This document shows positions 32,210-41,047 of a DNA stretch of 64,000 bases, in pieces. The notes beneath the pieces were generated by a model. That model was not told the DNA's origin. It did not search any database and saw nothing but the letters and a program-made list of their open reading frames with translations. This DNA is from Vicinamibacterales bacterium (GTDB taxonomy: Bacteria; Acidobacteriota; Vicinamibacteria; Vicinamibacterales; UBA8438). Position 1 is the stretch's first letter, and every line of letters starts with the position of its first letter. The stretch is taken from NCBI GenBank assembly GCA_963665465.1, contig OY762226.1, forward strand, positions 5,061,177-5,125,176, given 5' to 3'. A program made the translations under genes and the position numbers.

Positions 32210-35200
32210 ATGTTCAGAGCAATCGTGCGATTGACGGGCGCGGCGCCGGCGGGGCTGTGTGCGCTGCTCCTGGCAGCCGGCCACGGCCCGGCCGCGGCGC
32301 AGGTCACCACCACCGGGAGCATTCGCGCGTCGGTGGCGGATCAGGACGGCCTGCCGATCCCGGGCGCCACGGTGGTCGCCGCGGCCGATGACGCGGCGAC
32401 CACGCGCGTGGCCGTCACCGGCCGCGAGGGGCTGGCGGAGTTGCCGGCCCTGAACCCTTCCGCCCGCTACGCGGTGACCGTCGAGCTGCAGGGGTTCCGG
32501 ACGGTGCGCCGCGAAGGCGTGCTGGTCCGCGCGGGACAGACCGCGTCGCTGCGCATCACGCTGCCGATCGGCAACATCACCGAGACCGTCGTGGTGACGG
32601 GCGCGCCGCCGATCGTCGACGTGACCAGCGCGGTCGTCGCCGAGGACATCACGCTCGACCTGACCGAGGCGGTCCCCACCGGCCGCACCTACCAGAGCTA
32701 CCTGCAGCTCGTGCCCGGCGTGCTTCCCGACGACCCCGAGGCGCCCGGCAATCCGGCTTCGAAGTCGGGCCTCAACTACAGCGACATCGGCGGCGCCACG
32801 AGCGTCTCGCGCGACAACTTCTACTACATCGACGGCATCAACGTGACCGACGGCGTGAGCGGCACGTTCGGGGCCAACCTGAACACCGAGATCATCCAGG
32901 AGCAGCAGGTGCTGACCGGCGGCATCCCGGCCGAGTACGTCGGGGCGCCCGGCCTCCTCTCGAGCGTCATCACCAGGTCGGGCACGAACCGGTTCAGCGG
33001 CTCGGTCAATTACTTCTTCCAGAACGACGGCCTCGTTGCCGAGGACAGGAACGCCGCGGACCAGAGCTTCTCCCGCTACGACGCCGCCGTCACCGGCGGG
33101 GGACCGATCGTGGCGAACCGGGCGTGGTTCTTCGGCAGCTACCGGCGGCTGGAGCGGGCCGACGCGGTGGTCGCGCTCGACGGCGTCGACGTGATCCGCA
33201 CCGTCGAGAACGTCCAGGATCAGTTCTACGGCCGCGGCACGTGGGCGCCGGGCACGGCCGACACCCTGAGCTTCACGTTCCTGAACGACCCGACCGACAT
33301 CAGCGGGCGCCGCGACCGCGACGTGACGAACGCCCGCGACCGGCGGCGGGTGCAGGGCGGCAACAACTACCACCTCAAGTACAACCGGCTGCTGGGCCGG
33401 ATGCTGGTCGAGGCGTCCTACAGCAAGCACAACGGGGAAGTGTCCGACTTCGCGGTGGCGCCCGGTCCGCGCAACAGCATCGTGTTCCGCGAGACGGACG
33501 TGCGCACCCTCGCGGACGAGCAGCTCGGGGGCTTCGGGCTCGACGACGTGGACCGGCGCGACACCGAGGGGTACAAGGGCACCGCGGTCGTGCAGGTCGC
33601 CGACCACGCTTTTCACGGCGGGGTCGAGTTCCTGCGCAACAGCAACTTCCGCGACACCGTGTACGACGGCGGCCTGTACACCTCGCTGGCTGCGCCGCTG
33701 TCCGGGCTCACCGCCGGGGCGTTGGTCGCGGGCAGCTTCAGCAGCACGCGGTTCGACCCGACGAACAGCAGCGACTACGGCGGCTTCATCCGCGCCGTGG
33801 ACCGGCTGCCGGACCGCGCGGCGTTCTACGCGTTGTACGACGGCGACGGCGACGGGACGATCACGCCGGACGAGCTCGCGGCGCGCCTCGTCTACGACAG
33901 CCCGGCGGGCAATCCGCACGGCGCCATCAACTACGAGCGGCTCGTGCAGACCGAGCTGGGCTCGCAGGACACCCGCTCCGACGGCCTGAGCTTCTTCGTG
34001 CAGGACACGTTCAGCGTCACCCGCAGCCTCTCGTTCAACCTCGGGGTCCGCACGGAGCGCTTCGCGCACGTCGCCACCGACGGTACCAACATCTTCACCT
34101 TCGACTGGACGTTCGCGCCGCGGCTGAGCGTATCGTACGACCCGACGGGCGACGGCCGGCAGCGCATCAGCGCCTTCTACGGCAAGTACTACGATCCGAT
34201 CCGCAACAACCTGACCAACTTCGCCGGGACGCTCACCGGCTCCGTCCGCGAGGAGCAGGTCTACGCCAACGACCAGTGGGTGACCTACCGCGTGCGGGGC
34301 GGGCCGCAGCAGGCCGACGCGCTGTTCGCGCCGACCACGAGGACCCCCTGGACCGACGATCTCCAGTTGAGCTACGAAACGGATCTCGGCCAGGGCCGCA
34401 GCGTCCTCGTGCTGTACACGAAGCGGCGCACGCGCGACATCATCGAGGACTACGACATGGCGCTCTACGCCATGCGGCCGGACGGCTCGACGAGCTATCC
34501 GGGGCCCGTCGAGCACGAGGACTCGCTCTTCCTCGGCCTCGACTACTTCGGCTACGACGCCTTTCCGGAGTCGAACTTCGTCATCGCGACCCTCGCCGGC
34601 GGCGCGCGCGACTACCAGGGCGTCGAGCTGACCTTCCGGCAGCGGCTGCAGAGCAACTGGCAGGCGCTGGCCGCGTACACGTACGGTCACGCGACCGGCA
34701 ACACCAACTCCGATTCGAACGCCGACTTCCAGGGCGACGCGATCTGGCTCGATCCGCGGGCCCCCCACCAGTGGGGCGACCAGCCCGGCTCGATCGCGCA
34801 CCTGTTCAAGGTCAGCTCGTCGTACTTCTGGGACAACGGCTTCCAGATGGGCAGCAACTGGCGCTGGAACTCGGGCACGCTCGCCAGCCGGACGTTCCGG
34901 GCGTTCGGCCGCAACCTGCCGATCCGCGTCGAGCCGGACGAGGAGTTCGAGTTCGCCGGCATCACGCGGCGCTGGCTCTCGCCGGTCGCCGTCGGCGCGC
35001 TCGGCAATCCGTCCTACGGCATCGTCGACGTCCGGCTGCTGTACAACTACCGCGTCGCCGGCGCCCGGGTGGAGCTGTTCGCGGACATCTTCAACCTCTT
35101 CGACAACCAGGATGCAATCCGCAACCAGGACCTGCAGGCCGGCGAGGGGGGCATCGCCTTCGGCGACGGCATCCGGTTCACGCCGCCGCGGCGGGTGTTT

Positions 35201-35224
35201 CTCGGCGCCCGGCTGAATTTCTGA
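32210..35224 (+). CDS. TonB-dependent receptor-like outer-membrane protein with N-terminal CarboxypepD_reg domain
   Basis: Signal peptide, then the GSIRASVADQDGLPIPGATVV...VTGREGLAELPALNPS...LQGF carboxypeptidase-regulatory fold. Plug-like NFYYIDGINVTDG, about 850 aa of barrel and C-terminal GARLNF. Confidence 0.75.
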   Translation: MFRAIVRLTGAAPAGLCALLLAAGHGPAAAQVTTTGSIRASVADQDGLPIPGATVVAAADDAATTRVAVTGREGLAELPALNPSARYAVTVELQGFRTVRREGVLVRAGQTASLRITLPIGNITETVVVTGAPPIVDVTSAVVAEDITLDLTEAVPTGRTYQSYLQLVPGVLPDDPEAPGNPASKSGLNYSDIGGATSVSRDNFYYIDGINVTDGVSGTFGANLNTEIIQEQQVLTGGIPAEYVGAPGLLSSVITRSGTNRFSGSVNYFFQNDGLVAEDRNAADQSFSRYDAAVTGGGPIVANRAWFFGSYRRLERADAVVALDGVDVIRTVENVQDQFYGRGTWAPGTADTLSFTFLNDPTDISGRRDRDVTNARDRRRVQGGNNYHLKYNRLLGRMLVEASYSKHNGEVSDFAVAPGPRNSIVFRETDVRTLADEQLGGFGLDDVDRRDTEGYKGTAVVQVADHAFHGGVEFLRNSNFRDTVYDGGLYTSLAAPLSGLTAGALVAGSFSSTRFDPTNSSDYGGFIRAVDRLPDRAAFYALYDGDGDGTITPDELAARLVYDSPAGNPHGAINYERLVQTELGSQDTRSDGLSFFVQDTFSVTRSLSFNLGVRTERFAHVATDGTNIFTFDWTFAPRLSVSYDPTGDGRQRISAFYGKYYDPIRNNLTNFAGTLTGSVREEQVYANDQWVTYRVRGGPQQADALFAPTTRTPWTDDLQLSYETDLGQGRSVLVLYTKRRTRDIIEDYDMALYAMRPDGSTSYPGPVEHEDSLFLGLDYFGYDAFPESNFVIATLAGGARDYQGVELTFRQRLQSNWQALAAYTYGHATGNTNSDSNADFQGDAIWLDPRAPHQWGDQPGSIAHLFKVSSSYFWDNGFQMGSNWRWNSGTLASRTFRAFGRNLPIRVEPDEEFEFAGITRRWLSPVAVGALGNPSYGIVDVRLLYNYRVAGARVELFADIFNLFDNQDAIRNQDLQAGEGGIAFGDGIRFTPPRRVFLGARLNF

Positions 35225-35279
35225 CCCCTGCCCGGGGCGGGCCGCGGACGGGGGGCGGCACGTTGCGGGGCGCGCGGAA

Positions 35280-35309
35280 TTGACAATTGCGGGCGCCAGA
35301 GCGTACGGT
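35280..35309 (+). promoter_or_regulatory. candidate sigma-70 type promoter
   Basis: TTGACA-N18-TACGGT, about 65 nt upstream of ATG 35375. Pattern match only. Confidence 0.3.
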
Positions 35310-35374
35310 AGCATCGGCCCGGGTTCATGCGCGGTGCCGTGTCGCACCACGCTGGGGATGGAAGGGTGGTGACC

Positions 35375-37837
35375 ATGTCGTGGCTGTTCAAGGCGGCGCG
35401 CGGGGCGGCGGTCGCGGTGGTGCTGGGGGTTGCGTCACCTGCCGTCAGCCATGCCCAGGAGGTGTCCGGCGCAGCCTCGCCGGGCGCATTCGTCGATCGG
35501 TACTGCATCGCGTGCCACGGTGACCGTCAGTTCGAGCGCGGCACGGTGCCGATCTCGCTGCAGGCGCTGGACACGGGGGAGGTCGGCGCCCACGCGGACC
35601 ACTGGGAGCGGGTGCTCCGCAGGGTGCGCAGCGGCATGATGCCGCCGCCCGTGGCGCGGCAGCCGGACGACGCCGCACGCGCCGCCTGGGTCGACTGGCT
35701 GGAGACCGAGCTGGACCGGGCGGCGGAAGTCGTCCCGCCGCGCGGCCGCCCGATGACGGCGCATCGCCTCAACCGCCTCGAGTACCGGAACGCGGTGCGC
35801 GACCTGCTCGGGATCGACGTGGACGTCGAGGTGCTGCTCCCGCCGGACGACGCCGACGCCGAGGGCTTCGACAACAACGCGGAGGTGCTGTCGGTCTCGA
35901 CGACGCTGATGGAGCGCTACCTGACGGCGGCGCGGCGCATCAGCCAGATCGCCGTCGGCGACCCGACCGCGACCCCCCGAACCTATACCTACCAGGTGCC
36001 CGACCTGGAGATGCAGGACGATCGCACGAGCGAGGATCTGCCGTTCGGGTCGCGGGGCGGCCTGGCGGTGCGACATCACTTCCCGCTCGACGGGGAGTAC
36101 CTGTTCGAGGTCGACCTGCGCCGCAACTTCTACAACTACATCCGCGGCCTGGGGAACACGCCCCACCAGCTCGACGTGCGGCTGGACAAGGCGCTGGTCA
36201 AGACGTTCATGGTCGGCGGCGCGTTCGAGGGCGCGCGGTGCGCGACCAGCTTCTGCGGCTCCGGCAGCGGCGGGTTCCCGGAGTGGGGCAACTACTCGGT
36301 CACCGCGGACGAGGGTTTGCGGTTCCGGATGCCGGTGAGGGCCGGCATGCGGCTGGTGGGACTGGCGTTCCTGCGGCGGCCGGCCCTCGACGAAGGGGTG
36401 TTGCAGCCGCGACCGAGCCCGGCGACGTTCGGCTACAGCACCGATGACGAACAGGACGGGAATCCGGCGATCTCCGGCGTCACCATCCGCGGCCCGTTTG
36501 CCGGCGGTGCGCCGATCGCGACGCCCAGCCGGGAGCGGATCTTCGTCTGTCGGCCGGACCGGCCCGACCAGGAGGCAGCTTGCGCGGAGGAGATCCTGCG
36601 CGGCCTGGCGGAGCGCGCGTACCGGCGTCCCGTGACGTCCAGGGACGTGACGGCGCTGCTGAGCTTCTACGAGCTCGGGCGGCGCGAGGGCGGGTTCGAG
36701 GCCGGGATTCAGGCCTCGCTCGAGTTCCTGCTGACGGATCCCGAGTTCGTGTTCCGCGTCGAACGCCGGTCCGAAGACGTCGAGCCGGGGCTCGCCTATC
36801 GCGTGAGCGACCTCGAGCTCGCGTCGCGGCTCTCGTTCTTCCTCTGGGGCAGCATCCCCGACGACGAGCTGCTCGACGCGGCGGCGCAGGGCACGCTGGC
36901 GCAGCCGGCGGTGCTGGAGCAGCAGGTGCGGCGGATGCTGGCCGAGCCGCGCGCGCGCCGGATGCTGGCCGAGAGCTTCGCCGGCCAGTGGCTCGGGCTG
37001 CACAGGCTCCGCAACGCGTCGCCGGACAAGACCGCGTTCCCCGAGTTCGACGAGAACCTGCGCGTCGCCATGGGGCAGGAGACGCAGTTGTTCCTGGAGA
37101 CGCAGTTGCGCGAGGATCGCCCGGTGGCCGAGTTGCTGACGGCCGACTACACGTTCGTGAACGAGCGCCTGGCCGAGCACTACGGGATAACCGGCGTGAA
37201 CGGCAACCACTTCCGGCGCGTGGCGTTGCCCGACGACACGCGGGCAGGCATCCTGGGCCAGGCGAGCGTTCTGACGCTGACCTCCTACGCGAACCGCACC
37301 TCGCCGGTGACGCGCGGCAAGTGGGTGCTCGAGAGCCTGCTCGGGGCGCCGCCGGCCGAGCCGCCGGCCGACGTGCCGGACCTCAAGACCCGCGAGGAGG
37401 GCGAGCCGCCGACCTCGGTGCGCGCGCTCATGGAGGTCCATCGCAGAAACCCGGCCTGCGCCACGTGCCACCGCACGATGGATCCGCTGGGGTTCGCACT
37501 GGAGAACTTCGACGGGATCGGGCGCTGGCGCACCACGGAGGAGACGGGGGTCGAGGGCGAGATCGGGCCGGTCATCGATCCATCCGGCACGGCACCGGAC
37601 GGCACCCCGTTCGAGGGCGCGAAGGGGCTCCGCGAGATCCTGGCGAGCCAGCGGGAATTCGTCGGCACGTTGACGGAAAGGCTGCTAACCTACGCCATCG
37701 GGCGCCGGTTGGAAGCGGCCGACATGCCGGCGGTACGGCGCATCCAGCGGGAAGCGGCCGAGGACGAGTCCCGCTGGTCGGCGATGATTCTGGCGATCGT
37801 GAACAGCGAACCGTTTCTGACGAGGAGGATGGGCTGA
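35375..37837 (+). CDS. DUF1592/DUF1595/DUF1587/DUF1588/DUF1585-type c-type cytochrome domain protein (PSD1-like)
   Basis: Signal peptide, CIACH heme motif near the N-terminus, LNRLEYRNAVRDLLG (DUF1587-like), TSPVTRGKWVLESLLG (DUF1588-like) and a second CATCH followed by DPLGFALENFDGIGRWR (DUF1585-like). Confidence 0.75.
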   Translation: MSWLFKAARGAAVAVVLGVASPAVSHAQEVSGAASPGAFVDRYCIACHGDRQFERGTVPISLQALDTGEVGAHADHWERVLRRVRSGMMPPPVARQPDDAARAAWVDWLETELDRAAEVVPPRGRPMTAHRLNRLEYRNAVRDLLGIDVDVEVLLPPDDADAEGFDNNAEVLSVSTTLMERYLTAARRISQIAVGDPTATPRTYTYQVPDLEMQDDRTSEDLPFGSRGGLAVRHHFPLDGEYLFEVDLRRNFYNYIRGLGNTPHQLDVRLDKALVKTFMVGGAFEGARCATSFCGSGSGGFPEWGNYSVTADEGLRFRMPVRAGMRLVGLAFLRRPALDEGVLQPRPSPATFGYSTDDEQDGNPAISGVTIRGPFAGGAPIATPSRERIFVCRPDRPDQEAACAEEILRGLAERAYRRPVTSRDVTALLSFYELGRREGGFEAGIQASLEFLLTDPEFVFRVERRSEDVEPGLAYRVSDLELASRLSFFLWGSIPDDELLDAAAQGTLAQPAVLEQQVRRMLAEPRARRMLAESFAGQWLGLHRLRNASPDKTAFPEFDENLRVAMGQETQLFLETQLREDRPVAELLTADYTFVNERLAEHYGITGVNGNHFRRVALPDDTRAGILGQASVLTLTSYANRTSPVTRGKWVLESLLGAPPAEPPADVPDLKTREEGEPPTSVRALMEVHRRNPACATCHRTMDPLGFALENFDGIGRWRTTEETGVEGEIGPVIDPSGTAPDGTPFEGAKGLREILASQREFVGTLTERLLTYAIGRRLEAADMPAVRRIQREAAEDESRWSAMILAIVNSEPFLTRRMG

Positions 37838-39195
37838 TGATGGTGACCAAGACGGCGATCCCGCGTCGTACGATGCTGCGTGGCGTAGGAACGGCGCTGG
37901 CGCTGCCGCTCCTCGATGGCATGGTGCCGGCGCTGACGGCGCTGGCCAAGACGCCGGCCGCGCCGGCCAAGCGCCTGGGCGTCGTCATCGTGCCGAACGG
38001 CGCGCCGGTGGAATACTGGACGCCGAAGACGGCGGGCACCGCGTTCGAGTGGACGCCGAGCCTGAAGGCCCTGCAGCCGGTCCGCGAGCAGCTGCTGGTG
38101 ATGACGAACCTCGACAGCGTCGGCGCGGAGCCGGGCCGCGGCACCACCCATTCCCAGGCGGCGTCGGCGTTCCTGACCGGCGCGCGTCCCAAGCGCACGA
38201 CCGGCGCGGCGCTCGAGCTGGGCGTCTCGATGGACCAGGTCGCCGCCAACGCGGAGGGCCTGGGGCGCGCGACGCAGTTGCCCTCGCTGGAGCTCTCCCT
38301 GGAGGGCGACGACACCGTCTACGGCGTGGCCACCTGCGACGGCGGCTTCAGTTGCGCCTATCTCAACAACTCCTGGGCCAACCAGAGCACGCCGATGCCG
38401 CGCGAGACGAACCCGCGCCTCGTCTTCGAGCGGCTGTTCGGCGACGTCGACAGCACGAGCGCCGGCGCGCGCCTCGCGCGGGCCAGGCGGCAGCGCAGCA
38501 TTCTGGACGCGGTGATGGGCAAGGTGTCCGATCTGAAGACCGATCTGGCCGCCTACGACCGCCGCAAGCTCGACGAGTATCTGCAGGCCGTCCGGGGCAT
38601 CGAGCGGCGCCTCGAGATGGCGGAGCAGCAGGCGGACCGGGAGCTGCCGGACGTGGCGTCCCCGGCCGGGATTCCGCTGTCGTGGGAAGAGCACGCGAAG
38701 CTCATGTTCGACCTGATCGTGCTGGCCTACCAGACCGACATGACGCGCGTGATCTCGTTCATGGTGGGACGCGAGGAGAGCGGCGCGACATATCCGCAGA
38801 TCGGTGTCACCGAGCCGCACCACCCGCTCAGCCACCACCGGAACAATCGGGAGAAGATCGAGAAGCTGGCGCGCATCAACGCGTATCACATGCAGCTTTT
38901 CAGCGAGTTCCTGGTCAAGATGCGGTCCACGCCGGACGGGGACGGCTCGCTGCTGGACCACAGCATGATCTTCTACGGGTCCGCCCTGCGGAACTCGAAC
39001 AGGCACACCACGCAGGATCTGCCGATCCTGCTCGTCGGCGGCGCTTGCGGGGAGCTTCACGGCGGCCGTCACGTGGTCTGTCCCGAGGGCACGCCGCTGA
39101 CCGACCTCCAGCACACGATGCTGCTGAAGCTGGGGGTCCCGGTGGAGAGCTTCGGCGGGACCAGCCAGGAGATTCGCGAGCTCTCGCTCGCCTAG
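37837..39195 (+). CDS. DUF1552 domain protein with Tat-type signal
   Basis: PRRTMLRGVGTALALPLL, then motifs I remember from DUF1552 partners of DUF1592 proteins (SLELSLEG, YQTDMTRVISFM, HHPLSHH). The ATG overlaps the upstream TGA. Confidence 0.7.
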   Translation: MMVTKTAIPRRTMLRGVGTALALPLLDGMVPALTALAKTPAAPAKRLGVVIVPNGAPVEYWTPKTAGTAFEWTPSLKALQPVREQLLVMTNLDSVGAEPGRGTTHSQAASAFLTGARPKRTTGAALELGVSMDQVAANAEGLGRATQLPSLELSLEGDDTVYGVATCDGGFSCAYLNNSWANQSTPMPRETNPRLVFERLFGDVDSTSAGARLARARRQRSILDAVMGKVSDLKTDLAAYDRRKLDEYLQAVRGIERRLEMAEQQADRELPDVASPAGIPLSWEEHAKLMFDLIVLAYQTDMTRVISFMVGREESGATYPQIGVTEPHHPLSHHRNNREKIEKLARINAYHMQLFSEFLVKMRSTPDGDGSLLDHSMIFYGSALRNSNRHTTQDLPILLVGGACGELHGGRHVVCPEGTPLTDLQHTMLLKLGVPVESFGGTSQEIRELSLA

Positions 39196-39228
39196 GAGTC
39201 TGCGCCCCAGGATGGCGTAGGCTCCTGG
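39194..39228 (+). repeat. hairpin-only module of the dispersed repeat family
   Basis: AGGAGTCTGCGCC-ccaggat-GGCGTAGGCTCCTGG overlaps the TAG stop (39193-39195) of the DUF1552 gene. Confidence 0.7.
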
Positions 39229-39411
39229 TGAGGGTTGGTTGGGCGGCAAGCGATGCCGGAGGCGGCGATTGCCGGGCCAGCTCCCGGCGCTTCGCCTCGA
39301 TGTTCACGGCGGTTGGGGGGGCGCCCGCCGCGCGGGTTGCCCCCCGGTCGTCCGACCCCGGCGTGCCTCATGCCGGGGTGTCCGAAGTCAGCAACCGAAG
39401 GAGGAAAGCGG

Positions 39412-40872
39412 ATGCGGCTGGGCAGTAGGTCAACGGCTACGGTGGCGGCGGCATTGCTCTGTGCCGCCAGCATCTCGGCGTCGAACGCGGATCTCCGCCT
39501 CATCGAGGCAATCCAGGATCGCGATTACGAAACCGTGCGCATGTTGCTGGCGCACGAGGTCGACGTCAACGCCCGTGAAGGCGACGGGGCGACCGCGCTG
39601 CACTGGGCGGTCGTGCGGGACGACGTCGACGTGGTCGGGTCTCTGCTGCGCGCCGGCGCCGACGTCGACGCCGCCAACGACTACGGCGTGACGCCCCTGA
39701 CGCTGGCCTGCACCAACCGGAACGCGGCGGCGGTCGAGCTGCTTCTCGGCGCCGGAGCGGACCCGAACGGCGCGACCGCGATGGGTGAGACGGCGCTCAT
39801 GTCGTGCGCCCGCACCGGCAGCGCCGATGCGCTCGAGGCGCTCTTCGCGCACGGCGCGAGCAACGTGAACGCCCGGGAGGGGTCGCACGGACAGACGGCG
39901 CTGATGTGGGCGGCGGCCCAGGAGAACCCGGAGGCCGTGCGGGTGCTGCTGGCAAACGGCGCCGATGTCCACGCGCGTTCCGACACCCATCTGCTGCCGG
40001 TCAATCTCGGCGACGGGGATCCGTTCGAGCAGTACGTGATGCAGCCCCAGCGCGGCTCCACGCCGCTGCTCATGGCCGCGCGGAACGGGCGCATCGAGAA
40101 CGCCGGACTCCTGCTCGACGCGGGCGCGGACGTGAACGAGCGGATGCCCACCGGCGAGTCCGCGCTGGTGCTCGCCGGCTTCAGCGATCAGGGCAAGTTC
40201 GCCGCGTACCTCCTGGAGCGCGGCGCGGACCCGAATTCGGCCGACGCGGGGTACACGGCGCTGCACACGGCCGTGTCACGGGGCGATGTGGAGCTGGTCA
40301 GGGCGCTCTGCGCCCACGGCGCGGATCCGAACAGCGTCCTCACGAAGGGGAGCCGGCTGCAGCGCAACCTGAACTTCTATTCCCTGTCCTCGAAGCTCGC
40401 CGGGGCGACGCCGTTCTGGCTGGCGGCCAAGTACGCCGAGGTGGAGATCATGCGCGTCCTGGCGGCCAACGGCGCCGACCCGCTGCTGGTGCCGAACAAC
40501 GGCATGACGCCGCTGATGGTGGCGGCGGGCGCCGGCTGGACCATCCGCTCGAGCAACCGGCGCGACCAGGGCATCGGCATCGACGCGGCCCAGTTGCTGG
40601 TATCGGCCAGCGAGCGCTCGACGTGGGAGGCGACCCGTGTGGCGCTCGAGCTGGGCGGCGACGTGAATGCGACCGATCGGGCCGGGAACACGGCGCTGCA
40701 CGCCGCGGTGACGCTCGCGTATCCGACCGTCGTCGAGCTCCTGGTCGAGCACGGCGCGAAGCTCGACATGGAGAACAAGGCGGGCGCCTCGGCGGAAGAT
40801 CTGGCGTGCCGGGACGCGGCCGGCAAGCTGGTCCGCCGGCCCGGGGGACGCGGTCCCTGCCCAGGCGCCTAG
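39412..40872 (+). CDS. secreted ankyrin-repeat protein
   Basis: AGGAGG RBS and signal peptide MRLGSRSTATVAAALLCAASISA. Many ANK units of the type G-TALHWA...-V--LL--GADVNA along the whole length. Confidence 0.8.
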   Translation: MRLGSRSTATVAAALLCAASISASNADLRLIEAIQDRDYETVRMLLAHEVDVNAREGDGATALHWAVVRDDVDVVGSLLRAGADVDAANDYGVTPLTLACTNRNAAAVELLLGAGADPNGATAMGETALMSCARTGSADALEALFAHGASNVNAREGSHGQTALMWAAAQENPEAVRVLLANGADVHARSDTHLLPVNLGDGDPFEQYVMQPQRGSTPLLMAARNGRIENAGLLLDAGADVNERMPTGESALVLAGFSDQGKFAAYLLERGADPNSADAGYTALHTAVSRGDVELVRALCAHGADPNSVLTKGSRLQRNLNFYSLSSKLAGATPFWLAAKYAEVEIMRVLAANGADPLLVPNNGMTPLMVAAGAGWTIRSSNRRDQGIGIDAAQLLVSASERSTWEATRVALELGGDVNATDRAGNTALHAAVTLAYPTVVELLVEHGAKLDMENKAGASAEDLACRDAAGKLVRRPGGRGPCPGA

Positions 40873-41003
40873 AACTCCGCGAGGCGCGCACAGCGCGCCT
40901 CGGCGGGAGCGGCGCGGGGCGAAGGGGCCCCCGCAAGCGAACGCCGGGGGTTCGGGGCGCAGCCCCGTCTGAAGGAAGCCGGGAGCGGCGCGGGGCGAAG
41001 GGG
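40871..41003 (+). repeat. 5'-truncated repeat copy (40871-40972) plus a partial re-duplication (40980-41003)
   Basis: AGAACTCCGCGAGGCGCGCACAGCGCGCCTCGGCGGGAGCGGCGCGGGGCGAAGGGGCCCCCGCAAGCGAACGCCGGGGGTTCGGGGCGCAGCCCCGTCTGA, followed by CGGGAGCGGCGCGGGGCGAAGGGG. It starts at the ankyrin gene TAG. Confidence 0.8.
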
Positions 41004-41026
41004 GGCCGCCGGAACCGGCGGCCCCC
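41001..41026. terminator. perfect GC-rich palindrome, candidate bidirectional terminator
   Basis: GGGGGCCGCCGG-AA-CCGGCGGCCCCC between convergent genes. No U-tract. Confidence 0.35.
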
Positions 41027-41047
41027 GGTAGCTCTCCCGCCTCGAAG

